A stretch of 21,146 bases of DNA from UHGV virus genome UHGV-0364720; one strand, written 5' to 3'. Position 1 is the stretch's first letter. Each line of letters opens with the position of its first letter. This DNA comes from a virus. The position numbers and the translations under genes were made by a program. Shown in pieces: positions 1 to 21,146 of this stretch. The notes beneath the pieces are model-generated. The model was not told the origin of the DNA. It saw only the letters and a list, made by a program, of their open reading frames with translations, and made no database searches.

Positions 1-103
1 TTCAGGCGAATGCTGTTTACGGGGTTTTTTACTGGTTGATACTGTTTTTGTCATGTGAGTCACCTCTGACTGAGAGTTTACTCACTTAGCCGCGTGTCCA
101 CTA

Positions 104-21146
<21,043 letters not shown>

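Overview
AT-rich bacteriophage late-gene region (siphovirus-like): gpA-type large terminase (C-terminal part), lambda-type portal, a fused HK97-type prohead protease/scaffold/major capsid gene, head-tail genes, two tail-tube paralogs (one fused to a long fibre), G/GT tail chaperone, tape measure, a lambda-like tail-tip module (M-, L-, K-, I/J-like), a lone antisense T4-type lysozyme, a GIY-YIG nuclease and small ORFs. All genes are on the + strand except the lysozyme. The main result is a recoding pattern: every in-frame CGG I traced (25 on +, 1 on -, plus one ambiguous at 150) is the exact point where the recognisable protein continues in the +1 frame, starting at the GGN that overlaps the CGG. 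Over 100 out-of-phase CGG trinucleotides have no effect, and CGG is never read through as Arg. Where the local motif is conserved the decoded residue is Gly. The standard six-frame ORF track therefore fragments most genes; the gene models below are joined across these sites. Homology calls rest on motif recall, not searches. No tRNA, rRNA or CRISPR array was recognised. Coordinates were traced by hand.
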